From: a virus | Length of the DNA stretch: 64,000 nt | IMG/VR virus record: IMGVR_UViG_3300042268_000308 | Direction: 5' to 3' (one strand) | Shown here: positions 28,069 through 38,911 of the stretch, piece by piece | How positions within the stretch are numbered: position 1 is the stretch's first letter | Layout of the letters: every line of letters begins with the position of its first letter | Position numbers and translations under genes: made by a program | Notes under the pieces: model-generated | Told to the model about the DNA's origin: nothing | Seen by the model: only the letters and a program-made list of their open reading frames with translations | The model's database searches: none

Positions 28069-28444
28069 CTTTGCCTCCTGATTTTCAGGCGTTGCAAAAC
28101 AAGAGACGAGGCGCCTCAAGCGCCTCGTAAGCTCTAGGTTTAAGACAGCACCGCACGGGCGCGTTCGATGCTGGCGCGGTAATCGACCGTGGTGCGGGCC
28201 GAAGTCTTATCGTTATTGCGACACTTCGAATTGGCGAGGTAATCCGGCTTCGCACCGCTCAACGCGATTCAGCCACACTCCTTGCGCCTCCCCGTAACCA
28301 AACTATCTCCCGTTGCTGAAGCCTTCGATCCAAGTGAAACTGTGGTCGAAGTTCATGGTGAGTGCCCCCAAGGCGAGTCCGACCATGAACGGTGGGGCCA
28401 TCAAGAGTCATATAATGTCTTTCACGCGTTCGTCTCCCGCTCGG

Positions 28445-28747
28445 TTATGAGAATTGGTCGTTGGCCCAGGCGAGCCAGTCGAAGCCGCACTGGCACGGCC
28501 GCTGCGTCGCCGTGTTCGGGTCGAAGTGGAGGTCGGCCGGTTCTCCGCACTCGGGGCAGCACGGAACCTCGACGCTCACCTTGGTTCCGGCCGGGAACAT
28601 CGACGCCGCCAGTTCCAAGGCGTCGGTGTGGTCGCTGTCCTTGTCGCCGTCAGCGTGCGCGTGCCAGCGCGGGCGATGCTGGTCGCACTTCGGGCCGTCG
28701 TAGACGTTCGGCGACATCGTGGCCCGCATGATCTCGTGGTAATCCAT
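28445..28747 (-). CDS. Hypothetical Zn-finger protein
   Basis: CPEC ... CQCG. Confidence 0.6.
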   Translation of the reverse strand: MDYHEIMRATMSPNVYDGPKCDQHRPRWHAHADGDKDSDHTDALELAASMFPAGTKVSVEVPCCPECGEPADLHFDPNTATQRPCQCGFDWLAWANDQFS

Positions 28748-28763
28748 GGCCGGAGCCTCCTCG

Positions 28764-29078
28764 TTATTGCGACAGGGCGCGGATACGTCCAGCTAGTTTG
28801 TCGGCCATGTCCGCCGCGCCTACGCCAGCGGCGGCGGCAAGGTCTGCGTTGGGCTTCTTCAGTTTCCGCAGTTTCGTCATGAGCCGTTCTTCGGCGGCAT
28901 CACAGAGCCGGGCGGCGTCTTCCAGTGCGTCGGCGCGTGCCTTGTCAACCCACCCTTTCGCCTCCCGCAATTCGATGCGCAGGCTTTCAATCAGGTCAGC
29001 CGCCTGCAACACGTCATCGCACTGCATCATGTCTAGCTGCTGAGACATGCGCCGCAGGCGTTCCACAATGTCTGTCAT
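28764..29078 (-). CDS. Hypothetical phage protein (MTDIVERLR-type start)
   Basis: Common phage accessory N-terminus. Confidence 0.6.
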   Translation of the reverse strand: MTDIVERLRRMSQQLDMMQCDDVLQAADLIESLRIELREAKGWVDKARADALEDAARLCDAAEERLMTKLRKLKKPNADLAAAAGVGAADMADKLAGRIRALSQ

Positions 29079-30110
29079 CTGTCGGCTCTCCACTCGTTAT
29101 TGCGACAGGTCGCTATGTATGGCGAGTTCGCGTAAGTTGGCGCGTAACTCCTGTTCCAAAGCCAGCAGTCGCTTGATCTCGTCGTTGGCGCTCCTGAGGT
29201 CTCGCTCCAGTTCATCCCGCCTTGCGGTCATGTGCTTGGCGGATGACATATGCTCCTTGCAGCGCCGTGCCCAGGTGTTGCTGTCTTCCCGCAGCCGCTC
29301 AATCTCGTCGGCCGCCCAGCGAAGCACGGCGGGTTTTCAAAGCATGTGCAGCCTTCGACGGGCGGAAACGCCAGAGCACCCCCGCAGCCCTCCGGGCACT
29401 TGTCACCTTCTTCCATCGTCATTCTCCTGTGTTTCAAAATCCGGCGTTTTCAGCCGTCCGCTTCCAGCAAGGCAGCGGTAGCTCGGGCGGTGCCAATCAG
29501 GCGGTAGAGCGTTTGGTCATTTTCTCGCTCCTGCGCAGCGGCAGCGGCGTCCAGCAACTCTTGCGCCAGTGCCTTTTTCTGCTTTTCCGTCATATTCAGT
29601 TCCTTTCTTTATGGTGTTCGTTTGATGGGCCTACGCGGACGCTTTGTTTAGTGCGTCAGCGATCATCTGTGCATCATCTTCATCCATGCACTCACAGACG
29701 GCATGATACCGTCCCTTGTAGTGTTCGCCGTGCATCATCACGGGACTGTGGGTGTCAACAACTGTCGCTTCGAAGCAACAGTGTCCCGATTGTGAGTCCT
29801 CAATAACCTTGTATCGCGGCATACTTACTCTCCTGTTTCAAAAACCGGCGTTTACCAATGCTGCATCAATTTCGTCGCGCATCGCGTCCATCATTGTTTT
29901 TGCTTCGGGCATGTCTGCCTCCTGGATAGTGCGCTCCAGTCAACCCAGAACGGGTCCCAGATAATGTCGTGCTCGTCTGGAATGCCGACCAAGGCGCGCA
30001 TTGTCAGGTTGTTGCGATCCTGCACATGAACAGCACCATTGATTTTATGAGTTACAGTCACACCGATGTTAGGGACCATCGTCTAGTTCTCCTGTTTCAA
30101 AATTCGGCGT

Positions 30111-30575
30111 TTAGGCGGCCTTCGCTTTGTCGTGCTCTGTCTGCTTTTCGGCCCAGGCGGTCGCAGCGGCGGCGATCTTGTCGGGGCTCTCGACGTAAAC
30201 CCACGTCGTGTAGTAATGCCCCCAACTGCTCATCCAGCTTGTGTCGCTGCCGGAGCCGTATTGCCGAACAGGTGTGGCGATCTGCACGAGGAAGCCGTAA
30301 ACGTCGCGGTCGATAAACCATTCGGCCACCTCATCGGCCTCCATGTCCTCGAAGGCATCGCGCTCCAGCAACTCCTTGATGGCGGGCAGTGTCTCGATGA
30401 GCGGCTGAACGCTCTTGTCGTTGGGTTCCGAGCCGCCCAGGAAATGTTCGTAGAAGTCTTCAACGAACACATCCGGCAGGGCTGTGCTGTCGTGGCAGGA
30501 CAGCGCCAGCGGGATCATGCGCTCAACGCGGATGCTCTCATCGAACATCTGCATGGCGGTCTTGCGGTCATTCAT
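30111..30575 (-). CDS. Hypothetical protein
   Basis: 154 aa ORF with typical codon usage. Confidence 0.65.
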   Translation of the reverse strand: MNDRKTAMQMFDESIRVERMIPLALSCHDSTALPDVFVEDFYEHFLGGSEPNDKSVQPLIETLPAIKELLERDAFEDMEADEVAEWFIDRDVYGFLVQIATPVRQYGSGSDTSWMSSWGHYYTTWVYVESPDKIAAAATAWAEKQTEHDKAKAA

Positions 30576-31394
30576 GTGTCTCGCCTTTCGTCTCGTTATG
30601 GCGTTGCGTTCAACGGGCGTTTACCAGTTTGCGGGAGGGAAACCGCCTGTCTCATCCCAGTCGGGGCGCCAGGGGCAGTCGGGCGTCTCGACAAGTTCGG
30701 CCTCGCCCTTACCGCAGTGGCGACACTGGCGCAGCACAACGTCACCGTTGCGGTCCTTGATGGCCTCGGGGGCGTCGTGATCTCCGGTCTTGTAGATGTC
30801 GTGAAGCCACGGTTCGTTCATCTTCCGCATTGTTCGTCTCCTGTGTTCGATAACCGGCGCTTTAGAACTCGATCTCGTCGTCGGTCATAGGCTCGCAGCG
30901 AGGGACTAAGCCGCATCCGGTGCCGGTCCACGCCATGCAGGCCGACGCAATGCATCCCGATGCGTCCGAAGCGCCGATCATCCCCGGCCCGTTGTCGATC
31001 CGGTTGAAGGCGGGCTGCCCCATCGGGACTTGGTTCATCTGGCCTTTGACAACCCGCGTGAACGGGCACCACTTCTTGCGGGCATCTTCTTCCGTCACGT
31101 CGTCCTCCGTCTCACTCAAGGGGCGTCAGCGAGCCATTTCGGTTGCGAACTGTTCGAGATAGTGCCTGGCGGCCAGCCGGCGCTCTTTGTTGGTCAGCAC
31201 CGCCTCGATGCCGGTCGTCTTGAGCAAATGCGTGTAGGCAGGCCAAATCAGATGCTCGCCGACATATCGCTGCCCGCGCTGTCGCCAGTCGGCAATCCCG
31301 GTGACGAAGGTCATGACGCGCCGCCGCCGACCCTGAAGTTCAGGTGTCGCCTCGATGTGGTCGACAATCTGCTGGGCGGTCAGATTTTCCGCGG

Positions 31395-31673
31395 TCATGC
31401 GGCGCTCCTCTCGTCGGCACGAGCATTTCGAAAGGGCACAGAAGGCCCGTTCTTCCAAAGCTCGACGATGGCGGTCTTGTCGCCGTGGATGTAGACTTGG
31501 TGGCCGTCGTCGGCGACGAGCACGCGATAGGCCGCCAGGTCGGCGCCAGGCTCAAGGCCGAGCACTTCGGCGATGCGCCGATCTGCATCACGACGGTTCA
31601 TAGCAACCGCAGCGGTGACGTGGATGGGGCAAGGGAAAATCACCGACTGCCCAGGCGTCTTGACCACGAACAT
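31395..31673 (-). CDS. Hypothetical protein
   Basis: Coupled ORF. Confidence 0.5.
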   Translation of the reverse strand: MFVVKTPGQSVIFPCPIHVTAAVAMNRRDADRRIAEVLGLEPGADLAAYRVLVADDGHQVYIHGDKTAIVELWKNGPSVPFRNARADERSAA

Positions 31674-31897
31674 CAGCCGATCACCTGAACCAGCAGCGCC
31701 GAGCCGACGCAGCGATCGAGGCGCAGCACGCCGATCTCGCGCAGCTTGTCTTCGAGGCGATGAGCGGTCATGCCCAGGTTTTCCTTGAGCAGCTCGGCAT
31801 TGTCGCCGCCGTTGGCTTCGATGAACTGCTCCAGCGTCATATCGCCTTCGTGCGTCTCGGTGTGATCGCTGGCGATGTTCGTCAGGCGCAAAAGCAT
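31673..31897 (-). CDS. Hypothetical protein
   Basis: RBS plus GCC-box promoter. Confidence 0.6.
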   Translation of the reverse strand: MLLRLTNIASDHTETHEGDMTLEQFIEANGGDNAELLKENLGMTAHRLEDKLREIGVLRLDRCVGSALLVQVIG

Positions 31898-32490
31898 CGC
31901 TGTCTCCGTTGTTCGTGTTCGCTTGATGATTTGACTGTAGCGTGCCGTTCGTGGCGTGTGCGCGGCAACGCGCTTTCGGTCTCAGGCTATTTCGCGCTTG
32001 TGCTGGAAAGCTCTCTCGCGCTCGCTGATAAGCGGGAAAGCGCTTTAGCTGTCGTGACAGCTAGAGAGCGCTCCCTGCGCGTCAGCGACGCTTAGAATGC
32101 TTTTGTGATGATGCCGAGTGTGATTGCGAGCGCGATCAGCGCGAGCGTCCCGACGATGAGGGGGGCGAAGCGGTGTGAAATCCACGGTTTTCCAGGCCGT
32201 CATCGCATCACCTTCAGGCTGGGCGTCGGCGCATTGCTCGGACGCGGATCATCGTTGTCAGCGATCACCTTGAAAGCCTGACGCCGACGCTGAGCCTGCG
32301 CGGCGCGTTCAAAATGAGAGTCAGGCTGCACCTGGTCGGCCGTCATCGGCTTCACGCGCCGAGCGCGCTTGCGGCGGCGCTTGAGCGGCTTGTGATCGCA
32401 CGGGATACCGATGCCGCCGCGGCCCTCGCCGAGCTGCATCGTGACGATCGGGCGGAAGCCCTGACCGAGACAGAATTGACAGGTCATGGA

Positions 32491-32937
32491 TTACCTCTTC
32501 AGAAAGCGGTGATTTTCGATCATGGCGGTTTGCTGAAGCTCCGCGGCCCAGGCGGGCTCGACCTTCGCGGGAGCGTAGTAGTGGTCGGCGCCAAGCGTCG
32601 GGTCGGCAACAAAGCCTGCGTAGACGTGCGCGGCGATCTCGACGGCGCCGGCCCACGGCTCGTAGCGCTTGGCCGGCAGATTGCGCTCGCGGGTCCACGA
32701 GAACTGGTGCGGGTCGTGAACGACGCCGCAGATGGTGTCGGGGTAGTGGGCGCTGCGCGCTCGCGTCAGAGTGACGTGGGCAACGGCGACCTGGCCCATG
32801 ACCGGCTCACCTCGCGCCTCGCGATAGATGTTCTCGGCAAGACAGTGGAGCTCGTCGCGCGCCGGCGTCTCTTCGACCCACGGGGTTAGAGCGCCGATCA
32901 TGCGCAAAACGACCAGCATTTCAGTGGTGGGTGACAC
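32491..32937 (-). CDS. Cell wall hydrolase, SleB/Hydrolase_2 family
   Basis: 'CLAENIYREARGE', 'QFSW', 'GADHYYA', 'IENHRF'. Confidence 0.9.
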   Translation of the reverse strand: MSPTTEMLVVLRMIGALTPWVEETPARDELHCLAENIYREARGEPVMGQVAVAHVTLTRARSAHYPDTICGVVHDPHQFSWTRERNLPAKRYEPWAGAVEIAAHVYAGFVADPTLGADHYYAPAKVEPAWAAELQQTAMIENHRFLKR

Positions 32938-33349
32938 GCGCTGCCTCTCCGTCAGTCATCGCTTACTGATCTTTTGTATCAGACGCGCGCAGGAGAGTGA
33001 AGTGGGAACGCGAAGAGGGCGCTAAGCGCCCACTGACTCGCTGGGAGACTCCTCGACGCGCGCCGCATCGAAGCGGGCGACCATGGTCGGGTCCATCACA
33101 TACACCCCGTTTACCAGGGCGTCGCGCAGCAGCGTCGCGCCATCCTCGTAGGCGTCGAAACGCTTGTCCTCAACCAGCAGCAGATACATCGCCATGCCGT
33201 TCTCCTCAGTCAAAGGTGATCTGTCTCGCCGACCATGGCGAGAACATAGGGAGAACATACAGGCATCAATGCCCGCTGACAAGATCATAGTCCTAAACGA
33301 CAAAGGCCCCGCCGAAGCGGGGCCTGGCCGTAGTAGGTGCGATGAGCGA

Positions 33350-34096
33350 TCAGGCGATCGCCTTCTTGAGCTGCTCGGCGATCTCCTCCTTGAGCGCCGG
33401 GTTCAGCTTGAGGGTCGAGCCCTCCTTGATGGCGATCTTCATCGCCGGCAGAACGTTCATGATCTGATTGGACTGCGCGCGGGCAGTGCCGTCGCTGTAG
33501 TTCTCGCGCATCTTCTCCAGCAGATCCTTCGAGGACACGCTGCCCGCCTCGAACAGCATCTTGAGGCCGATCACCGTGTAGTTGGACAGCTTCGCGCCCG
33601 TCGTCAGGTGGTGCCCGATGTTGTTGACCTTCTCGGCCACCTTCTTCGCCAGACCCTCGACCTTCGGCGTCTCGTGGTCGGTGGTCATTTCGATCGTCGG
33701 CACGATGCTGGCGTCGAACTTCGGCTTGCTCGGCCCCTTCGCCTTCTTGGCCTTCTTCTCCGTCGAGGCGATCTTTTTGGCGTCTGCCTCGGTCGTCTCG
33801 ATCTCCGCCTCCTCGGCGGGCGCGCTCTCATAAATCTTGGAGCGCTCCTCTTCAAGCTCGGCACCGGCGGCGGCCGCGGCGATCTCGTCCTCGCTGGGCT
33901 CGTAGACTTCCTCAGAGGACTCCGCTTCAGCCTCGATCTCCTCGATTTCGGCGTCATCGGCTTCCGGCTCGTCGATGCTGAGCTCCTCGTCGCCGTTCAG
34001 CAGCGCCTCCAGGTCGTCGAGGTCGGCGTCGTCGTCGGCGACGGCATCGATCGGGGCTTCGGTCTTCTCGGCGGTCTTGGCAGTGTTCTTAGCCAT
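33350..34096 (-). CDS. Acidic N-terminus plus winged-helix-like domain (paralog family)
   Basis: 'YSDGTARAQSNQIMNVL'; own promoter and terminator. Confidence 0.7.
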   Translation of the reverse strand: MAKNTAKTAEKTEAPIDAVADDDADLDDLEALLNGDEELSIDEPEADDAEIEEIEAEAESSEEVYEPSEDEIAAAAAGAELEEERSKIYESAPAEEAEIETTEADAKKIASTEKKAKKAKGPSKPKFDASIVPTIEMTTDHETPKVEGLAKKVAEKVNNIGHHLTTGAKLSNYTVIGLKMLFEAGSVSSKDLLEKMRENYSDGTARAQSNQIMNVLPAMKIAIKEGSTLKLNPALKEEIAEQLKKAIA

Positions 34097-34196
34097 AGCT
34101 GACTTCTCCGTGTGAGTGTTCGCTTGCTTGCTCTCCAGCGCGCTCTAGCGTTTTCGCTCTTTCGCGCTGTCGATGATTGTAAGATAGCTCAGTCGG

Positions 34197-34736
34197 TTAG
34201 GGGTTGCACTTGGCAATGTCGCCGGCCGGCTTGGCTCTTTCACGCGCTTCTCGCATGGCGGCTTTCGCCAGGCTGTCGCAACGCTCATTGACCCAGGAGC
34301 GCGCGTTCCCGCCGCCTTGGTGCCCGCGCACATGCTTCCAGCGAAGCTCGACGTTCGCCGTGGAGGCGAGGCTGTGAAGCGCCCGGAGTGCCGTCATTTC
34401 CGCAGTGTTGAGACCGGGGAAGCCGCAGCGCTGCCGATGTTTGGCGCTCCACTCGCGGCGATAGTCGCGACTCATCGCCATGAGCACCTTTTCACAGTCG
34501 GTTTGCATCACGACCAGGCCGTTGCGGGCAACGTGTCCTTTCTTGATGCCAATGTGCAGCGCGTTCGCCGCGGCACTGAACTCGGCGGCCGCCGAACACG
34601 GCAGCGGGGCCTTGAAGGCCCCGCTGTAGGTGTTGGTGCTGAACTCGTTCTTGATCCAGCAGCCCCAGCCGCCGGCTTTCGTGTTAGGGCACCACGAGGC
34701 GTCGGCGAAGACCGTCGTCACCTTCGACCAACGCAT
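34197..34736 (-). CDS. Ribonuclease H-like protein
   Basis: 'FADAS', 'AAEF', 'QTDC', 'WKHVRGH', 'NERCDSLAK'. Confidence 0.85.
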   Translation of the reverse strand: MRWSKVTTVFADASWCPNTKAGGWGCWIKNEFSTNTYSGAFKAPLPCSAAAEFSAAANALHIGIKKGHVARNGLVVMQTDCEKVLMAMSRDYRREWSAKHRQRCGFPGLNTAEMTALRALHSLASTANVELRWKHVRGHQGGGNARSWVNERCDSLAKAAMREARERAKPAGDIAKCNP

Positions 34737-34993
34737 CAGTCGACCGTCCAGCCGGCGCGCAGGGCGTCGTCGATGGTGGTGTGAATGGTCGAACCGTCCT
34801 CGACGTGAATGAGGATGCGCTCCTTCCCGTCCAGAGACGATGCCGGCACATCGACGTAACCGAAGACCATCGGGTTCGATCGCCGCTTCATGGGCAGCTT
34901 GTTGTGCATCGGCCAGGTCGCTTTGTCGGCGAGCATGATGCGCGTCGTGTTGTCCATACTGGTGGTGTTGGTGGGATACAGGCCCTTCATCAC
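34736..34993 (-). CDS. Hypothetical protein
   Basis: Coupled ORF. Confidence 0.5.
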   Translation of the reverse strand: MMKGLYPTNTTSMDNTTRIMLADKATWPMHNKLPMKRRSNPMVFGYVDVPASSLDGKERILIHVEDGSTIHTTIDDALRAGWTVD

Positions 34994-35352
34994 TGCCCTC
35001 CCTTCAGGAATTGCTGCATGGCGGGGGTGAAGTCGCCCTCGTCGTCGAAGACCTCGACCTCGTCATTGCACTGAGGATTGACGGCGTAGAGCGGCCAGGG
35101 CTCGCGGGAGTTCAGCGGCCGCATCAGGGCGATCGGCTCGCCGCGAACGACGAGCTTCACGTTGGCGATCGTCAGGCCACCGGAGCTGTCATCCTGCACG
35201 ACCTGGAAGGACTCGTCGGTGCTCTCATCGAGAAACACCATCTCGGCATCGGGGAAGCTGCCCTTCTCCAGATTGATGTAGAGGCGGCCATAGCACTTGA
35301 GCAAATTGGCCTCGTTGAACAGGTCGCGAGGGATCACGCGAGGGTAGCTCAT
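34990..35352 (-). CDS. Hypothetical conserved phage protein
   Basis: 'MSYPRVIPRDLFNEANLLKCYGRL'. Confidence 0.65.
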   Translation of the reverse strand: MSYPRVIPRDLFNEANLLKCYGRLYINLEKGSFPDAEMVFLDESTDESFQVVQDDSSGGLTIANVKLVVRGEPIALMRPLNSREPWPLYAVNPQCNDEVEVFDDEGDFTPAMQQFLKGGQ

Positions 35353-35554
35353 TAGCTTTTGCCCTCCAGTTCGGCGAGCGCCTCTTTGGCGCGCATGTAG
35401 GTCGAGGCCAGATCGGGCCACTCTTTCGCCAGGCCGCCGGTGGTAAAAGCCTTTGCCTGAGCCGGCGTCAGCGTGGCGTCGAACTCGTCGGGGCCGTGAA
35501 CCGCCTCGACATCGGCGACGAACTCCTTGAGGAGCTCGGCTATCTTGTCAGCCA

Positions 35555-36103
35555 TCACGCGGCCTCCTTCAGCTTCTCGATCTTGGCACTGACGTTCTCG
35601 AAGGACACCGCCGGCAACTTGGGCGTCGCGATTTCGGGCAGGTAGAGTCGCGCATCGGGCCACACCTCAAGGAGCTGCTTGACGGTGCTGACGCTCTTGA
35701 GGCTGGCACGGAGCTCGCACGTCAGGTCTTCGCGATCCTTTATAGCCTGGCGCTGCGCCTGGGTGAGTTCGTGCCAGGCATCAGCGATCTTGGTGTCGCC
35801 GGCGAACGCCTTGCGCTGAGCGTAGGTGTTGAAGCGCAAGCTCTCGGGCACGGGCATCGACTCCTTGAGGTGAAGCGCGGCGTGCATCCCGCCAATGTTG
35901 GCCCGCACATCCTTCGCCCAGTTCATCAAGCTCTCGGGCATGTTGCGCGCCGTCTCGTAGTGCTTGCCCCAGGTTTCCTTGACGATGCGCTCGCCGAGCG
36001 CGTGCTCCTGGTCCTTCAGTTTGGCGTCGATGTCCTTGAAGGCGTCGCGAACCGCGTTGCTGAGAATGCGATCACGAATGGACTGATTGAGTCGGGTCGT
36101 CAT
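35555..36103 (-). CDS. Nmad5-like (nucleotide modification-associated domain 5) protein
   Basis: 'RLNQSIRDRILSNA' and 'LKSVSTVKQLLEVWPDARLYLP'. Confidence 0.7.
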   Translation of the reverse strand: MTTRLNQSIRDRILSNAVRDAFKDIDAKLKDQEHALGERIVKETWGKHYETARNMPESLMNWAKDVRANIGGMHAALHLKESMPVPESLRFNTYAQRKAFAGDTKIADAWHELTQAQRQAIKDREDLTCELRASLKSVSTVKQLLEVWPDARLYLPEIATPKLPAVSFENVSAKIEKLKEAA

Positions 36104-36555
36104 TACGCGACCTCCTTCTCTTCGGTTTCGGCGGGGAAATCGGCGCTGGTGCGCTCCAGAAACTCGCGCATTTCAGCGACAGCGGCGGCGAGCGTCTTTT
36201 TGTTCGACCGAATGGCAAAGCACAGACCGTCGTGGAGCTGCTGCATGTCGCTCAGCGCCTCGTAGTGGCCTCCATCCGGGGCGGTCAGGAACTCGCCCAC
36301 ATCCAGAAGCTCGTCGATCGGCGCGTTGTCCATGCGGTCCAGCAGCTTCGACAGCTCATCAGGGATCGCCGCGCCGATCGCGCAGTGACAGCCGTCGCCC
36401 GCGTCGTAGAGGCACGGTGTCGTGTTGTCACTGCTGGGCTCGATCGTCTGAAGCTGGAGCTTGCCTTCGTCCATCAGCTTGAGGGCGGCACGCGCAACAT
36501 CGCCAGCGTGCAGCGAGATCGGGTATTCACCCGCGAGCAGAGCCTCGTAGGTCAT
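36103..36555 (-). CDS. Hypothetical protein
   Basis: 'CLY...CAIGAAIPDE...LSDMQQLHD', a recurrent phage motif. Confidence 0.65.
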   Translation of the reverse strand: MTYEALLAGEYPISLHAGDVARAALKLMDEGKLQLQTIEPSSDNTTPCLYDAGDGCHCAIGAAIPDELSKLLDRMDNAPIDELLDVGEFLTAPDGGHYEALSDMQQLHDGLCFAIRSNKKTLAAAVAEMREFLERTSADFPAETEEKEVA

Positions 36556-36654
36556 GCGTCTTCTCCGTGTCTTGAGAGGTGGGGAGCGCTTGCGGGCGGC
36601 TCCCCGTCGTCACTCTTCAATCGTGACAGCCCGCTTGCGGCGTGTGCGCGGCAG

Positions 36655-37251
36655 CTACGCGGCGCTTTCGTCGCGATCCACGTCGCCGCTGTTGACCAGG
36701 CCGTAGCGACGCAGGAGCCCCATCGCGTCCTCGAAGCGATTATCGAAGGCGTTCATGGGGTCGCCGACCAGACGCAGATCACTCGGGTCCATGCCGCGCT
36801 CGGTCATCAGGGCGCGCACCTTGTCCGCTACGAACTCGCGGAAGCTCTTGACCGCTTCGCCTTCGCTCTGGGCGGTGATGACAAAGCGTTCGACCGCCTG
36901 CCAGGGGCCGAGGCTCATGGCGTTCTGGATCGCCTGGGTGATGTTTTCGCCCGGCGCAGCCATGCCGCTGCCGGCCAGCATCGGAGAGCCGTTCTCGCTG
37001 GTGGCGCCGTTGGCGTAGGTGACGACGAACGCCGGGAAGTCATACTCCTTGGGCTGAGGCGTCGTGAGGTTGCTGACGGCGGCGATCTTGAAGTTGTCCG
37101 TCCAGGTGGCGCCGCAGTCCTGACAGCCGACCTCGACCTGGATGGCGCCCTCGGTGAGCATGACCGGGGAGCCGGTGCCGACCTGATTGGAGCCGCAGTT
37201 GACGCAGTGCGTCGGGTTGGCGAGGTAATCGGCGATGTTCTTGGCGTTCAT
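36655..37251 (-). CDS. Zn-ribbon protein
   Basis: CVNC ... CQDC. Confidence 0.65.
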   Translation of the reverse strand: MNAKNIADYLANPTHCVNCGSNQVGTGSPVMLTEGAIQVEVGCQDCGATWTDNFKIAAVSNLTTPQPKEYDFPAFVVTYANGATSENGSPMLAGSGMAAPGENITQAIQNAMSLGPWQAVERFVITAQSEGEAVKSFREFVADKVRALMTERGMDPSDLRLVGDPMNAFDNRFEDAMGLLRRYGLVNSGDVDRDESAA

Positions 37252-38311
37252 GTGCGCTCCGTTCTTGCGTTGTGCGTTTCGCTGTTGACGCACTGAACAT
37301 CGCATGACGCACAAGGGTTTGCAATAGGTCAGCGATGACTTACGATCGAAACCCTACCAGGTGCCCCAGGCGGCCGGCGCGTCATCGTCTGGGATTTCAT
37401 GGATGTCGTCAAAACATCCAGATCGTCAGAGACGGCCTCGCTCAGCCTTTTCAAAGAGCGCGCCGAGGCCACAAAAGCCTCGCTAACCTCGGACCAAGAC
37501 GCAAGGAACTCTCCTGTCGCGTCAGCGCTGACTTCTCTTTCCTCTCGCTCCATGATGCTCTCCTTGGTCAAAAGAAAGCCCGACACCCAAAAGGGCGCCG
37601 GGCCAAGGATACTCACACTAGCAAACGAGGCTCACACCTCACACGAAGAACCTAGCGCGCCCGGCCCAAAGATCAAGCGGGCTCTTTCTCCACAAGCATC
37701 CCCATCAGACCCGCGACGGTCAGCACGACCCGCGCCAGAGCCCACAGGCTGAACGTCAGCGCCAAGGTGACGATGCCGCCGATCACCTGAAGAAGACCGC
37801 CGATGAGCATCAGAAAACTCGGGCCAAGCGCCGCGACGAAGCTGGTTGGCGTCCAGAACAGGTTTGCGAGCGCCAGGCGCAGGCTGTCGCGATAGCTCTT
37901 GGAGCGACCCAGGCTGATGGCATTCCATTTCGGCAGTTTCAAGATGCGGTCTCCTCGGCGCGCGGTGTCAGATGCTTGGGCTTGATGGTGTAGAGCAGCC
38001 GATCGGTCGGCAGCGGCTTGTTGACGATCATCGGCATCGTGCCGACGCGAATGATGTAGCGCGGTTTGCCGGCGGCGACCGCCACGCTGACGGCCTGGCT
38101 AAGCAGCTCCTCGGCGGTGGGCCAGGTCTTCACATCAAGGCTCCTTCCCTGATCTTCTGAACCAGAGCCTCGGCCCGGCGCCGGCCGACGGCCGCTCGAA
38201 GCGCCGTGTCTTGCAGCTTGCCGTCCAGGCTGATCGCGTAGTGCTGGCCGTTCTTCACCTCGGCCTTGCGCAGCTTCACGACGCGCCCCTCGACGTTCCA
38301 GATGCGATCTT

Positions 38312-38902
38312 TCATGCCGCCTCCTTTGATGAAGTCAAGAGTGACTGAACCTTTTCGGGCAGCTTGAAGAAGCCCCAATCCAAACCCTTCCAAAAGCAAG
38401 CGCACATGACCGACACGTCGTAGTCGGCGGCGTGCGCCTTGTCGGTGTCGTATTCCTCATCGCACGCCCAGGCGAGCTCTTGCAGCGAAGGCACCTTGCC
38501 GTTGGTCGTTGCCCAGCGCCCCTCCAGCATCGTGTCGAAGGGCTCAACATCGGGGATTTCCAGGCCGGCGTTCTCCAGCTCGACGGCGATGAAGGGAAGA
38601 TCGAAGCTGTTGCCGTTGTGAGCGATGACCATCGCCGAGCGTTGCAGCACGCCATGCACCTTCTTGGCCGGACCGTCTTCCCACAAAGGCTTGCCCGCCA
38701 GGTCCGCGAGGCTGATGTGATGCACCGCCTGGGCCGCGGCGTTGATGGTGCGACCGCCAGGGTGAATGCGTTGCGTCCAGTTGGCCTTGCGCTTGCGGGT
38801 GGCGAGATCGAACACCTGCATGTTGATCTCGATGATCCGATCGCCCTTCTCGGCGTGCAGGCCGGTGGTTTCGATATCCAGCCCCGTAACCCAAATGCTC
38901 AT
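38312..38902 (-). CDS. DEDDh 3'-5' exonuclease (DnaQ/epsilon-like)
   Basis: 'LDIETTG', 'AHNGNSFD', 'HAADYD'. Confidence 0.9.
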   Translation of the reverse strand: MSIWVTGLDIETTGLHAEKGDRIIEINMQVFDLATRKRKANWTQRIHPGGRTINAAAQAVHHISLADLAGKPLWEDGPAKKVHGVLQRSAMVIAHNGNSFDLPFIAVELENAGLEIPDVEPFDTMLEGRWATTNGKVPSLQELAWACDEEYDTDKAHAADYDVSVMCACFWKGLDWGFFKLPEKVQSLLTSSKEAA

Positions 38903-38911
38903 CGGTATTCC

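Noticed and set aside
28211..29110. Integron attC sites
   Set aside because: GTTATTG does not fit GTTRRRY, no paired R/L boxes were seen and there is no integrase
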